Notes: generated from the sequence alone by a model not told the origin. Positions 1 to 12,470 are shown, counted from the stretch's first letter. The stretch: DNA of 64,000 nt from Octopus sinensis (GCF_006345805.1 NC_042999.1:6696001-6760000); one strand, 5' to 3'. Numbers and translations are program-made.

Positions 1-65
1 GCATCGAAAAATTTGTAGTGGCTTTGTATAAAGAATCTCGTGAATTCCATTTTCTGTTTCTTATC

Positions 66-485
<420 letters not shown>

Positions 486-486
<1 letters not shown>

Positions 487-715
487 ATTTCCTTATTGCC
501 CACAAAGGGCTAAACATAGAGGGGACAAACAAGGACAGACAAAGGGATTAAGTCGATTACATCGACCCCAGTGCGTAACTGTTATTTAATTTATCGATCG
601 AAAGGATGAAAGGCAAAGTCGACCTCGGCGGAATTTGAACTCAGAATGTAACGGCAGACGAAATACCACTAAGCATTTCACCGGCGTGCTAACGTTTCTG
701 CCAGCTTGCCGCCTT

Positions 716-716
<1 letters not shown>
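486..716 (-). mobile_element. SINE-A, tandem duplicate of 165-398
   Basis: Shares private variants with 165-398; differs by small deletions. Confidence 0.9.
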
Positions 717-814
<98 letters not shown>

Positions 815-1714
815 GTCTATCTATCTATTTATCTATCTATTTTGTGTGCGCATGCGTGCGCGCTTTGATTGATATCCGAATGTGAATGCTATGGTAGTAC
901 TCGATAGCTTGCCATAGAGCTAATTAATATGTGTAGAATCAGATATATCTACACTTAAGATATTATTATCACGATTTCGCTTCCAGATAATTTAACGTTT
1001 CTTCGTTGACTTCAATACGCATCTATGTTCCCTTCATCATGGAATACTCTTTGATAACTTAAGATAACCACCAGGTGATGTATGATGATGTTCGTGTGTG
1101 ATAACTTTAAACGGAGTTTAATCTGTCGCACACCGCTTGTCCCAAGCAACATCTTTGCCTCTGGTTTATAACTGAGTACAGGAGTATTAGAGTACTAGAA
1201 TGTGTACTTGCTTTATTTTTCAAGTTTGGCTTTATAGAAGAAATTCAAGCTAACGAATTTTCTTATATGCCCATATTTTAGACGATGAAACATAGAGCTG
1301 GATAACTAAATGTCTTAATCATAGACATGCATCGATAACAGAATAATAATGACTAACTTTTGACCGTTACTCATTAGTCGACCGAATTTGCCAGCGTTCA
1401 CTCTCGGCCCTTTTTTAAATTGCTGTCGTAAAACTCGTCTTAATCAGCTCCCATTTCAGTGAGGAAGTGAGAAATATTTAATGTTTGCCAAAGGGACTCA
1501 TCTGTGCATATTTGATGGCGTATGGGCGGTGGATTATCCCTTTATCTTGTTCATTATCTTTTTAATTTTTTCCAATCCTGTGAACATAGAACGGAATATT
1601 TAATTAGGGAGCAGCCGCTACGATGCAACTCGAAATGAACTCCTGCACTTGTGTGTTAATAATTAACTCCGTTTCCATTAATGATGCCTACCAGTTATCT
1701 GATCAAACCAACTG

Positions 1715-1716
<2 letters not shown>

Positions 1717-1751
<35 letters not shown>

Positions 1752-1770
1752 ACACACACACATACACACA

Positions 1771-1819
<49 letters not shown>

Positions 1820-1864
1820 ACACATACACACACACACACACACCACACACACACACACACACAC
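1717..1864. repeat. (AC)n microsatellite
   Basis: Direct reading. Confidence 0.97.
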
Positions 1865-2239
1865 TCCTGTGTAGATTAAGTATTTATCTGAATGATTCAT
1901 AAATCTTCACTCAACTAATCCGGCCTCTACCGACATGTTATTTCCCCACATATTGTACTTTCCTTTACTAAAACCTTTCTTACTTTTCTGAACTCTTTGG
2001 CAGCATGTCACCTTTCCAAAGCTTCTTCTCTCCTCATCAATATTGAATTTCATTCCTCCAAACCGGATAATAAACATTAATGCCATTACTTCTTAACACG
2101 GACTAGCAATTCTTTGAACATTCTACCGGCGCCATATTACAGTAGTTCTGACCGACCACCAACTGCTTCGCCTCTCAATTCGTGGGCAGATCGCAAGAAC
2201 TATTGGTACTGAATCTCATTCTCGGCAGAATTGTTGGGA

Positions 2240-2555
2240 CAGTGGTTCTCACCCGGGGTCCATGTAGCCCTTGGGGGTTCATGTGGCCCTTGGCAGTTCA
2301 TGTTGCCCTTGGGAGTTCATGTGACCCTTGGGAGTTCATATGAGATTTTGTTAAAATTTGTCTGTAATAATTTGGTTATATTTCTACAATACACAAAATG
2401 TTTTAACAATTGTTTTTATACAATTACTAATAATATTTAATTATAAGACCATAATGGGATTTAAAAAAATATATACAGCCAGTGGCTATGGATGTCCAAT
2501 AGAGTAAAAATAAGAATCAAAGGAGTCCACAGGCGAAAATGGTTGAAAACCACTG
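2240..2555 (+). mobile_element. hAT-type MITE with internal 19 bp tandem repeat
   Basis: TIRs CAGTGGTTCTCA../..TGAAAACCACTG; 8 bp TSD TGTTGGGA/TGTTAGGA; four copies of AGTTCATGTGACCCTTGGG-like unit at 2257-2332. Confidence 0.85.
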
Positions 2556-2614
2556 TGTTAGGACATCAGACAAAATTATCTTGTGGTATTTATTCCGATC
2601 CCCTGTACTCCGAT

Positions 2615-2870
2615 TTTAAAATTCCGCTGAGATCGACTTTGCTCTCAAGTCGGCCAGCTGGTAAAATCTTCAGTATTCTGGACAAAATGCTTAGCGGCAT
2701 TTCTTCCGGCTTTACGTTCTGAATTCAAATACCGCCGAGGCCGCCTTTGCCCCTTTCATATCTTCGAGGTCGATAAAATACAGTTTCAGTCAAGTGCTAG
2801 GTTGATGTCATTAATTTCTACTTTCCCTTAAATAACTGCCGGCCTTGTGCCAAAATTAGAAACAGTATTA
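2615..2870 (+). mobile_element. Degraded SINE-A with A2 tail
   Basis: Head, B-box, central domain and tail GGCCTTGTGCCAAAATT. Confidence 0.75.
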
Positions 2871-3326
2871 AAATATTAAACGAATTATTTGGTTTTAATA
2901 CAGATAGATGGACTTTCTGATATTAAATTGCTGTTAACAACCATTTATTGAGAACACAAATGGCACAGAATTTGGAAGAGTGTTTCGTTTCGTTTATATT
3001 TTTGATTTTATCTTTTGCAATTACGTCTTCGATATAAACCCGCCTGGGGCCACTCTGGTTCTTTGATACAAACTTCATGTTTTAAAGTGGTTCAAATTAA
3101 AACCTTTCATCGAAATTTAATCTTAAATACTGTTTCGAACGCCGGCTGAATAACAAGGTTATTTAACTAAATTCTCCTTCATTATTTTCGAAATGCATTG
3201 AAACAATGGCCGTGTATTTGAATAGAAATATGGCAACAAAAGGTCAAAGAACTTCAAAGCAAATCCTTTTGCATAGTTGCTAAGCAGTTTAAATATTAAT
3301 CTTAATGTCTTCAGATTGTCATATCA

Positions 3327-3525
3327 TTAAGCATGACTCGGAAATAAACGTGCTGCGAAGCGTCTTTTATAACGAAATATTCTCCTTGATAAAAGTTCCC
3401 TTTCATTCTCTCCTTGATGTGTCAGAAAAGTCCGCAAGCAAACAATAAGAAAAACAGAGCAAACAGCTACAATCATAATAATAAATGTTCCGAATCTGCT
3501 GCTTCCATTGAACTCCATCTCTCGA
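3327..3525 (-). CDS. Candidate terminal coding exon or 63 aa single-pass membrane microprotein
   Basis: Polypyrimidine acceptor TTGTTCCTTTTTACCAG| at 3526; ATG at 3518 in GAGATGG context; hydrophobic FGTFIIMIVAVCSVFLIVCL followed by a basic tail; TAA at 3327; no homology recognised. Confidence 0.4.
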
Positions 3526-3809
3526 CTGGTAAAAAGGAACAATAAATCAAACAAACAAACAAACAAATCTGAAGGACACTCGATGTGTTGCAGTGGGTGT
3601 CTGGATAGCTGTAGGCTGATTGAACCGTTATAAGTCAATACTTCGATAATACAAAAATAAAAAAACAAACTTATCGCTGAAAAATCTTGTTTTTTTCCAT
3701 TTACATGGCAACAAAGTAAAAAGAAAAGTCATAGCCGTCGAAATAGCAACAATGTTGTATAATTAGCAACACCAGGATCGAATGTTCCAACATAAAACTA
3801 TATAATAAA

Positions 3810-4207
3810 CTAGCAGTATCGCCCGGCGTTGCTCGGGTTTGTAAGGGAAATAACTATATAAGCATTTTTAGAGATGTAAAGTATAATAGCCATCTCAATA
3901 TGGCTAACCACAAAGGGGGGGGGTGTTACTGTAGCTTTTTACGTTATGAGATTTAATAATACATTTTTAGAGAGTTACTTCCCTTATATATGCCAAAAAT
4001 ACATTAAAAATGGGAAAAATTGATGGTTTTTGGTTTTAAAAATCGTAGACTCATCGTAGACGCGCGCTAATACCCAGAAGGGCTCGATATGAATCACGAC
4101 TATAAGATACCCGGTTTTGATTAAACTGCACCGCAAAATGTGGGAGTAGTTAGGAATCTAAATCGTAGGAGACAGACAGCACACAACCTCACTTTTATAT
4201 ATAAAGA
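3810..4207 (-). mobile_element. Non-autonomous Helitron
   Basis: 5' TC, 3' hairpin CCCGAGCAACGCCGGG then CTAG, inserted between A and T; sister copy at 28802-29199. Confidence 0.88.
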
Positions 4208-4239
4208 TGTTCTTTCTGTTTATATGTATTAGTACTAGT

Positions 4240-5184
4240 GAAGGCGCGTGGCTTAGTGGTTAGGGCATTCGGCTTGCGATCGTAAAGGTCGTGAGTTCAA
4301 TTCCCGGCGACGCGTCGTGTCCTTGAGCATGACACTTTATTTTAGCGTTGCTCCAGTCCATTCAGCCGGAAAAAATGTGTAGTACCTGTATTTCAAAGGA
4401 GCCAGCCTTGTCACACCCTGTGTCACGCTGAATTTCCGTGTGAACTACGTTAAGGGTACATGTAGCTGTGGAAGGCAGCGAGCTGGCAGAAACGTTAGCA
4501 GGCCGGGCGAAATGCTTAGCCGTATTTCGTCTGCCGCTACGTTCTGAGTTCAAATTCCGACAAGGTCGACTTTGCCTTTCATCCTTTCAGGGATCGATAA
4601 ATTAAGTACCAGTTACGCACTGGGGTCGATGTAATCGACTTAATCCGTTTGTCCCTCCTTGTTTGTCCACTCTATGTTTAGCCCCTTTCGGCTAATAAAG
4701 AAATAGGTATTTCGTCTGCCGCTACGTTCTGAGTTCAAATTCCGCCAAGGTGGACTTTGCCTTTCATCCTTTCGGGGTCGATAAACTAAGTACCAGTTAC
4801 GCACTGGGGTCGCTGTAATCGACTTAATCCGTTTGTCTGTCCTTGTTTGTCCACTCTATGTTTAGCCCCTTTTGGCTAATAAAGAAATAGCTATTTCGTC
4901 TGCCGTTACGTTCTGAGTTCAAATTCCGCCAAGGTGGACTTTGCCTTTCATCCTTTCAGGGTCGATAAATTAAGTACCAGTTACGCACTGAGGTCGCTGT
5001 AATCGACTTAATACGTTTGTCTGTCCTTGTTTGTCCTCTCTGTGTTTAGCCCCTTGTGGGCAGTAAAGAAATAGGTACATGTATCTGTGGAGTGCTCAGC
5101 CACTTGAACGTTAGTTTCACGAGCAAGCTCTTCCGTTGATCGTATCAGCTGAGACCCTCGTCGCCGTAACCGACGGAATGCCCC
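4240..5184 (+). mobile_element. SINE-C' (CORE/V-like domain, tail T1), interrupted by SINE-A
   Basis: A-box TGGCTTAGTGGTTAGG, B-box GAGTTCAATTCC, GTGTCCTTGAGCATGACAC domain; sequence resumes after the SINE-A insert. Confidence 0.85.
4473..5073 (+). mobile_element. SINE-A, head + three 184 bp units
   Basis: Unit starts at 4521, 4706, 4890; 18 bp TSD GGTACATGTA(G/T)CTGTGGA at 4455-4472 and 5074-5091. Confidence 0.92.
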
Positions 5185-5355
5185 TTATTAGTATTAATAA
5201 AATCTATCCAGAGGAGAAATCATTTCAATTGATTTTCTGTCAGTCGTCTACAATATGGCTATAGACCCTGTTCCTCTTTTACTTATTTCAGTCGTTGGAC
5301 TGCGGACATGTTGGAGCAGTATAATTAATAATTAGATGAGTACAGCTGTTAACCA

Positions 5356-5620
5356 AGCGTTGCCTAGTGGGTAGTATGTTACACTCACGATCTTGCGATC
5401 ATGGTTTCAACGCTCAGACCAAGCGGTTCGTTCTGTTCTTGAGCAAGACATTTTATTTCCCGCTGCTCCACTAAGATGTGAATGGGTTTCAGCAATGCTG
5501 GGAAGTTAGCCCCACGACGGACTGGCGTCACATCCAGGGAACTGTTGTCATTTCAGTCACTTATGCGCCATGGAAACCCGAGAAACCGACCTCATAAGTC
5601 CTGTGACTTGAGACACCAGC
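5356..5620 (+). mobile_element. Degraded SINE-C' with T3-like tail
   Basis: TTCTTGAGCAAGACATTTTATTTC domain and GGAAACCCGAGAAACCGACC tail. Confidence 0.6.
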
Positions 5621-5780
5621 ATCTAGGGGACTTACTACAATTAAGCAAACAGAAATAAACTTGGACAAGATTTTTTATCAAATTTAAAAATTGATGACGT
5701 TAGTGACTAACATATTTAGCTGTGACCTCTGTATATTATTCTATTCAAGGAAGCAGCATTCGAAGTAAATAATTTAAGAT

Positions 5781-6200
5781 CAATTTTTGTGCCTTGGGAG
5801 GGTCATTGAGCCAATGACAATAATACACACTGGTTCAATTTCACTTCTTTATTGTGAGTCAATTGGTTAATTATCTTATCGACTAACTAATCGATCATTT
5901 ATTTAATGTGTTGGTTAGATAATCAATCGATTGTTTGTCAAAGTTCTCTCGTCGCTGTTCACGACCTTTTCAGTGATACAAGTGACTAATAAATAACGGA
6001 TTGATTGTTTAAAAAGCATATTAAAAAACCCAATTATTTAGTTAGTTGGATAGATATTTAACCAATTGATTAACAATAAAGAAGTGGAATTGATCCAGTG
6101 CGTGTGTTATCATTATTGGCACAATGACCCTACCAGGACAACAAAATTTGTTTCAACACACGAATTCACATCAAGAATCTTGCAAACCGAATGTAAAAAC
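5781..6200. mobile_element. Foldback, probably an inverted Penelope-like pseudo-LTR
   Basis: Imperfect inverted arms of over 100 bp (from 5781 and to 6150); arm and right flank are homologous to 25398-25640. Confidence 0.55.
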
Positions 6201-6261
6201 AAGGTTTAAAGAGATATATCACAACTATATCTAAACAGGGGTACCAAAGGGAGTGTTTTGC

Positions 6262-6322
<61 letters not shown>

Positions 6323-8607
6323 CATTATTAATCCCAACAAATAGAAGAATAGAAGAAATGAAGTTGAAAATGCATGCACAGAGAATATCTTTAAATTAAT
6401 TAGAATTATATTTAAAAAAACAGGAATTGATTAGAATTATAGGAATTAATTAAAAATATATTTTAAAATATAGGAATACACATCACCGGTTTCACATTAG
6501 ATTTTCACAAGTGTATAGTGCAAAGTGTTGTTTTGTAAAATGTGTTTATTCTGGGCCGTTGTTATAAAAACAGTTTGTTTTTAAAGTAGGAATGTGGCTT
6601 AGAACGCTATCCGTACAAATCCTTGGTTAACGTTCATGTTTTACACTCACGTGCCAGTCGCGCGAGAAGATTCTCTGCATTGAATATGTCATATGACAGA
6701 AATGAGAGATATGAATAAGTGATAAAATAAATGTTTACATAAAAAGTGTTTTAGACAATTATTGTTTATCATCCTCGGCGGGATTTGACCTGGAAACATT
6801 CAAACGTACACAATTAAGTACCACAATACATTTATCCGTCGCTCTACCAATTCTGTCAGTCTACTCGCTCTCCATCCCATTAATTTTATTCTGGGTGTTT
6901 TTTTGTTTTTGTTTTTAAAGCACCAGTGTTTCAGAAGCTACCCTTCCTTTCATCAGTATACCTTTGTAATGTTTAAAGTTTGAAATTTAATTAAAAAAAA
7001 AACTTTGAAAAGTATTGCTTTTTATCATTACTCTATTTTTTCGAGTAGAAATAAAAACATTTTATTTATCGAGTGGCGAGACTTGTGAGAACTGAATAAA
7101 ATGAAGAACGAAGAGAAAGTTTTTGAGAGGAAATGACGATTTTTCCTTTCATCTTCGTTGCTTTGATGTTGATTTATATATATGCTGAAACATAGCAACA
7201 CAGATAGGTGTATATAGTTGCAGCATTAGTATGTCAAATGTACATACATGAGTGCGTCTGGTGATTTGTCAAAGCTAGAGATTTATCTATTAGCGCCGGT
7301 GAGGAAGGATACTTTCGTGAAATTATTTGACTTTCGTAAAATTATCTGTTAATTTGTGAATTATTTTGGAAGTGTTTTCAGACGTCTTCTACGAAATTAT
7401 GGCTTAATGTTTGTGTGCGTAATATCCAGCGCAGGATTAACCATTAAGCAAAATAAGCACGTGCTGAAGGATCTAAGGGAAGGAAGTCACCACAGAAATG
7501 GTAAATGGTTCACGGCATAAAAGAAATCACTTTAATCTTTCTAAGACAATATTCAAAGTAGTTTATACGATCGGAAATAGAATTTTTTGAAGTGTTCATG
7601 GTGACAATGAAGATCTGATCAAAGTCTATGCAATCAAAATAATAGAAAACTTATCAGATATGAATAAAGTGGAATCATACATAAATAAACATTATTTTCT
7701 ATCTTAATGTTAGTTTTGTTTCATTTTGATAAATATAAATTTATTTTATAGTTTCTTATTGTTTATATTTTGAATTATATATATATATATGGGAGCACCA
7801 AAATGTTTTAATTTATTAGTGTCTGGAGACACATAAGACGATGATATCTGGTTGTTGTAATAATTCAAACTCGTTATGTAATTTGTTAAAGAGTTTGCAA
7901 TGTTCACGAAGACATTTAGAATTATTTTGGTGGTGCACTTACCTTGTAAGTAATTTTATCTGAGACTCTGTGTTGAAACTTAACTAATTAGGGCATGGAA
8001 GACATTAACCATTAAAAGACAACATGCAAAAACTGCTCTCTTTACTTAAAAATTTATTATTTGGTGTTAAGTTCTTCGTCGTACCGATTCCCACCTCGTC
8101 ACTGACGCGATTCCATGTAGTCTTTGTGCGCTTTTCAATGGCCAATATGCATCTTTCTTGCAATTTATATTTATATGGCACAACTGTAATATTTAATTGG
8201 TTCTTTAGATAATTAATTAAAGATTAGCTGTCTATAACAGTATTTGTCTACTTAGTCTTGTTAGTGAATACCTACGGAATTACTGTTTTAAGGGAGGCAG
8301 TATCTTCAAGTGTTTTAATAAAACTAAGATTCGTTTATTGGTTTCGCACAACGGCAGAAAATGACCTAACCCTTTGCCCGTCAAAAGCATTTTCGTTTGT
8401 GTGTCCTAGATGTTCATGCTTGTTTTCAGACTTTTGGTTAGTGCTTACTTCATACGTTCCGAGTAAGATAAAGCTTTCCTTTCATAATTCTCAAGTTGCC
8501 CAGGTGATTGAAAAACAAAAGTGTGTATCACATGATGCAAGGACACCTGAGAAATATACACAGGACAGACACCGGGTTAAAATCTATCAATGATTTTGTA
8601 CGCTGCA

Positions 8608-8998
8608 TAAGGCTGCGAGCTGGCAGAATCGTTAGCACGCTGGGCGAAATGCTTAGCAGTATTTCGTCTGCCGTTACGTTCTGGGTTCAAATTCCGCCGA
8701 GGTCGACTTTGCCGTTCATCCTTTCGGGGTCGATTAAATAAGGGTCCAATATAATCAACTTAATCCGTTTGTCTGTCCTTGTTTGTCCCCTCTGTGTTTA
8801 GCCCCTTGTGGGTAGTAAAGAAATAGGTATTTCGTCTGGCACTACGTTCTGAGTTCAAATTCCGCCGAGGTCGACTTTGCCTTTTATCCTTTTGGGGTCG
8901 ATAAAATAAGTACCAGTTGAGAACTGACGACGATGTAATCGACTATGCTCCGTTCACCGAAATTGCTGGCCTTGTGCAAAATTTTGAAATCAATATTA
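8608..8998 (+). mobile_element. SINE-A, head + A1 unit + A2-tailed unit
   Basis: Junction GAAATA|GGTATTTCGTC near 8826; second unit ends with the A2 tail. Confidence 0.88.
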
Positions 8999-9277
8999 CT
9001 GGCGTATGTTAAAGAAAAAGTATCCGCTTGACTTTGTTGCTAACGAGGACACCGCTGCTTTATTATCGGTAATAATGTTAGTGAAATTATTATCATGGCC
9101 GTTAAGGTTGTGTTGACTGATATATGTATATATATGTATGTATTATACATACCGCATAATATACGTATTTGCATATCAATAGAGTAATTAAGGAAATGCA
9201 TATTGATTAATGTATGTATGGGTGTTATCTGAGCTAGAGTTTCACTCCTGATGTTCCGCTCTCTAATTATTGACCTC

Positions 9278-9279
<2 letters not shown>

Positions 9280-9319
<40 letters not shown>

Positions 9320-9421
9320 TAGTATGTGTTTATATATATATATATATATGCACTTACGCATGCGTATATATATATATATATATTGTATGTATGTATATAC
9401 ATATATATGCACTTACGTATT

Positions 9422-9511
<90 letters not shown>

Positions 9512-9560
9512 GTATGTATATGTATATATATACGTATATATACACACACGTGTGTGCGCG
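9280..9560. repeat. Compound (CT)n/(TA)n/(TATG)n microsatellite
   Basis: Direct reading. Confidence 0.95.
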
Positions 9561-10029
9561 ATATGTAAATCTAGGTTTGATACTAACCTACTTTGAAAAT
9601 GAGGCATAAATTATTGATTTGACAATTTTGTTGTGAAATGGTCTCCGCGGTTTGAGGCTGATGTCATATTGTTAAAACTCAATCGACACAATAGTGACGC
9701 ATTTAATTAATCTGTCTTTCTATCGATTGGTTTATTTTGATTAAAGATTTTCTCATTAATTGATAAGCACATCATAATGTAAATCGGGGGAGAGATTAAG
9801 CAAAATTCATAATAGAAAATGAAAATAATTTCGCGAAACACTATTGATTTTTATTTTACACGGAATATAATAACGATAATGTCTCACATTTATAGGTGAC
9901 AATAATGAGCGTTCGTCGTTCATTGCCTCCCACAAAGGTATTTTAGTAAAAGATGATTATAGAAATAGTTCCAGCCACACATTTAGCTCTACCAAAAACG
10001 CTGCAGTATTTATCATGATTATGGTCGCC

Positions 10030-10258
10030 ATTTAATGTCCGTTTTCCAGTTTGACAAGAGCTGGTCAGCCTGAAAGCTACCCAGACTCCAATTGTCTATT
10101 CTGACATGGCTTCTACGGCCAAATGCCCTTCCTAACATTAACCCCTTTACAAAGTGTACTGGGTGCCTTTTGCATGGTGGCGCCTGCACGAGTGCTTTTT
10201 TACGTAGCGCCGGCACAGGCCGTAAAGGACCTGCCTGTATCGATGGATGGCCACATGT
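10030..10258 (-). mobile_element. 3' part of a further SINE family
   Basis: Minus strand AGGAAGGGCATTTGGCCGTAGAA motif, similar to 51830-52115, and an end TGGAAAACGGACATTAAATG. Confidence 0.55.
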
Positions 10259-10357
10259 GGTATATAAAACATAATTATATTCATGAACGACACGTCACAA
10301 CGCTTGTGATGTCATCGTGAATGCTCGTCACTGTTTGCAAATGACAAATATCGATTA

Positions 10358-11916
10358 CTCTATCTACTTGTTTATAAGACGCATTCGTGTTCAATTCACA
10401 CTTGTATATAAGTCGCACTCGTGTATAAGTCGGAATCATGTATAAGTGGCAATCATGTTTAAATAACACTCGTGCATAAGTCGCACTCGTGTACAAGTCG
10501 TACTCGTGTATAAGTGGCACTCTTGTACAAGTCGTACTCGTGTATAAGTGGTACTCGCGTTTAAATAACGCTCGTGCATAAGTCGTACTCGTGTACAAGT
10601 CGTACTCGTGTATAAATGGCAATCATGTTTAAATAACACTCGTGCATAAGTCGCCCTCTTGTATAAGTCGTACTCATGTATTTAAACACTCATGTTTAAA
10701 TAACACTCGTGCATAAGTCGCACTCGTGTACAAGTCGTACTCATGTATAAGTGGCACTCGTTTTTAAATAATACTCATGCATAAATCGCACTCTTGTATA
10801 CGTCGCCCACTTGTATAAGTCGTACTCATGTATAAGTCGCACTTTGGTTTAAATAGCACTCGTGTTCAAGTCTCACTCTTGTATAAGTCGCACTCGGGTT
10901 TAAAAGGACTCGTGTTTAAGTCGCACTCTTGTATAAGTTGTACTCATGTATTAGTTGCACTTGGGTTTAAATAGCACCCGTGTTCAAGTCGCACTCTTGT
11001 ATAAGTCGCACTCGGGTTTAAATAGGACTCGTGTTTAAGTTACACTCTTGTATAAGTTGTATTAGTTGCACTTGGGCTTAAATAATACTCTTGTTTAAAT
11101 AGCGCTCTTGTATAAGTCGCACACTTATATAAGTCGTATTCATGTATAAGTCGCACACTTATATAAGTCGTATTCATGTATAAGTCACACTTGGGTTTAA
11201 ATAGCACACTTGTATAAGTCGCACACTTGTATAAGTCGTATTCATGTATAAGTTGCACTTTGGTTTAAATAGCACCAGTGTTTAAGTCGTACTCTTGTAT
11301 AAGTCGTACTCATGTATAAGTCGCACTCTTATATAAGTCGCACTCTTGTATAAGTCGTACTCATGTATAAGTCGCACTAGGGTTTAAATAGCACTCGTGT
11401 TTAAGTCGCACTCTTATATAAGTCGCACTCTTGTATAAGTCGTACTCATGTATAAGTCGCACTTGGGTTTAAATAGCACTCGTGTTCAAGTTGAAACTCT
11501 TGTATAAGTTGCACTCGGGTTTAAATAGGACTCGTGTTTAAGTTACACTCTTGTATAAGTCGTACTCATGTATAAGTCGCACTAGGGTTTAAATAGCACT
11601 CGTGTTTAAGTCGCACTCTTGTATAAGTTGCACTCTTGTATAAGTCGCACTCTTGTATAAGTCGTATTCATGTATGGAAACATTGGGTTTAAATAGCACT
11701 CGTGTTCAAGTCGTGCTCTTGCATAAGTGACACTTGGTTTCAAATAGCACTCGTGTTTAGGTCGCACTCATCTCTATGTGGCACCTCTGTTTGGTATTTA
11801 ATGATAGCATAATTGTTTTCTTTTACAGTTTCAGCTTTGTCCCGTCGATGTGGCATTCCAGCTTTTCACTGAAAATCAATTATAAAAAAATGCAACTTAT
11901 ACACGAGTAAATACGG
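10358..11916. mobile_element. Tc2/pogo-like MITE with an internal satellite
   Basis: Right TIR 11891-11916 (revcomp CCGTATTTACTCGTGTATAAGTTGCA); left TIR 10358-10383 matches at 19/26; TA at 10356-10357, TG at 11917-11918. Confidence 0.7.
10363..11770. repeat. Satellite of 17 bp monomers (roughly 80) with 4-monomer 68 bp higher-order repeats
   Basis: Monomers CACTCTTGTATAAGTCG, TACTCATGTATAAGTCG, CACTTGGGTTTAAATAG, CACTCGTGTTTAAGTCG. Confidence 0.95.
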
Positions 11917-12111
11917 TGACTTGTAGACAACAATGTTTATGAGGAAACACTAAACAGTCCCAATGCGCTCGAAGGCTGTTCAGGAGATTTGAAACCACGG
12001 TAGACACGTAACTGATCACATGCTCTCGTTAACTTTTACTTTTAACTAAAAACAATACGTAAAACTAAATTAAATGTTTCCATACACGTAATACATTACG
12101 TGTTTAATATT

Positions 12112-12470
12112 CGACTTTGCCTTTCATTCTTTAGGGGTCGATAAATTAAGTACCAGTTGCGTACGGGTGTCAATCATATCAACTGGCCCCCCTCCCCCAA
12201 AACTTCGGACCTTGTGCCTAGAGTAGAAAAGAATATTTTCGTTTAGAAAGGCGGCGAGCTGGCAGAATCGTTAGCACACCGGGCGAAATGCTTCGCGCTA
12301 TTTCCTATGTCTTTACGTTTTGAGTTCAAATTCCGCCGAGGTCGACTTTGCCTTTCACCCTTTCGGAGTCGATAAATTAAGTACCAGTTGCGTACTGGGG
12401 TCGATCTAATCGACTGGCCCCTCTCTCCCAAAACATCAAGCCTTGTGCCTAGAGTAGAAAAGAATATTTT
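12112..12470 (+). mobile_element. Two SINE-A copies with A3 tail (5'-truncated, then full)
   Basis: Both end GCCTAGAGTAGAAAAGAATATTTTCGTTT; full head at about 12248. Confidence 0.85.

Noticed and set aside
4240-4315. tRNA genes at the SINE heads
   Set aside because: A and B boxes are present but there is no complete cloverleaf, and each continues into SINE body sequence.
10281-11258. ORFs with 17-residue periodicity (YTSTTCTRVRL..)
   Set aside because: Three 17 bp monomers give a 51 bp period; the frames are short by-products of the satellite.
10363-11770. CRISPR-like appearance
   Set aside because: No unique spacers and no cas genes; all units are variants of one monomer.
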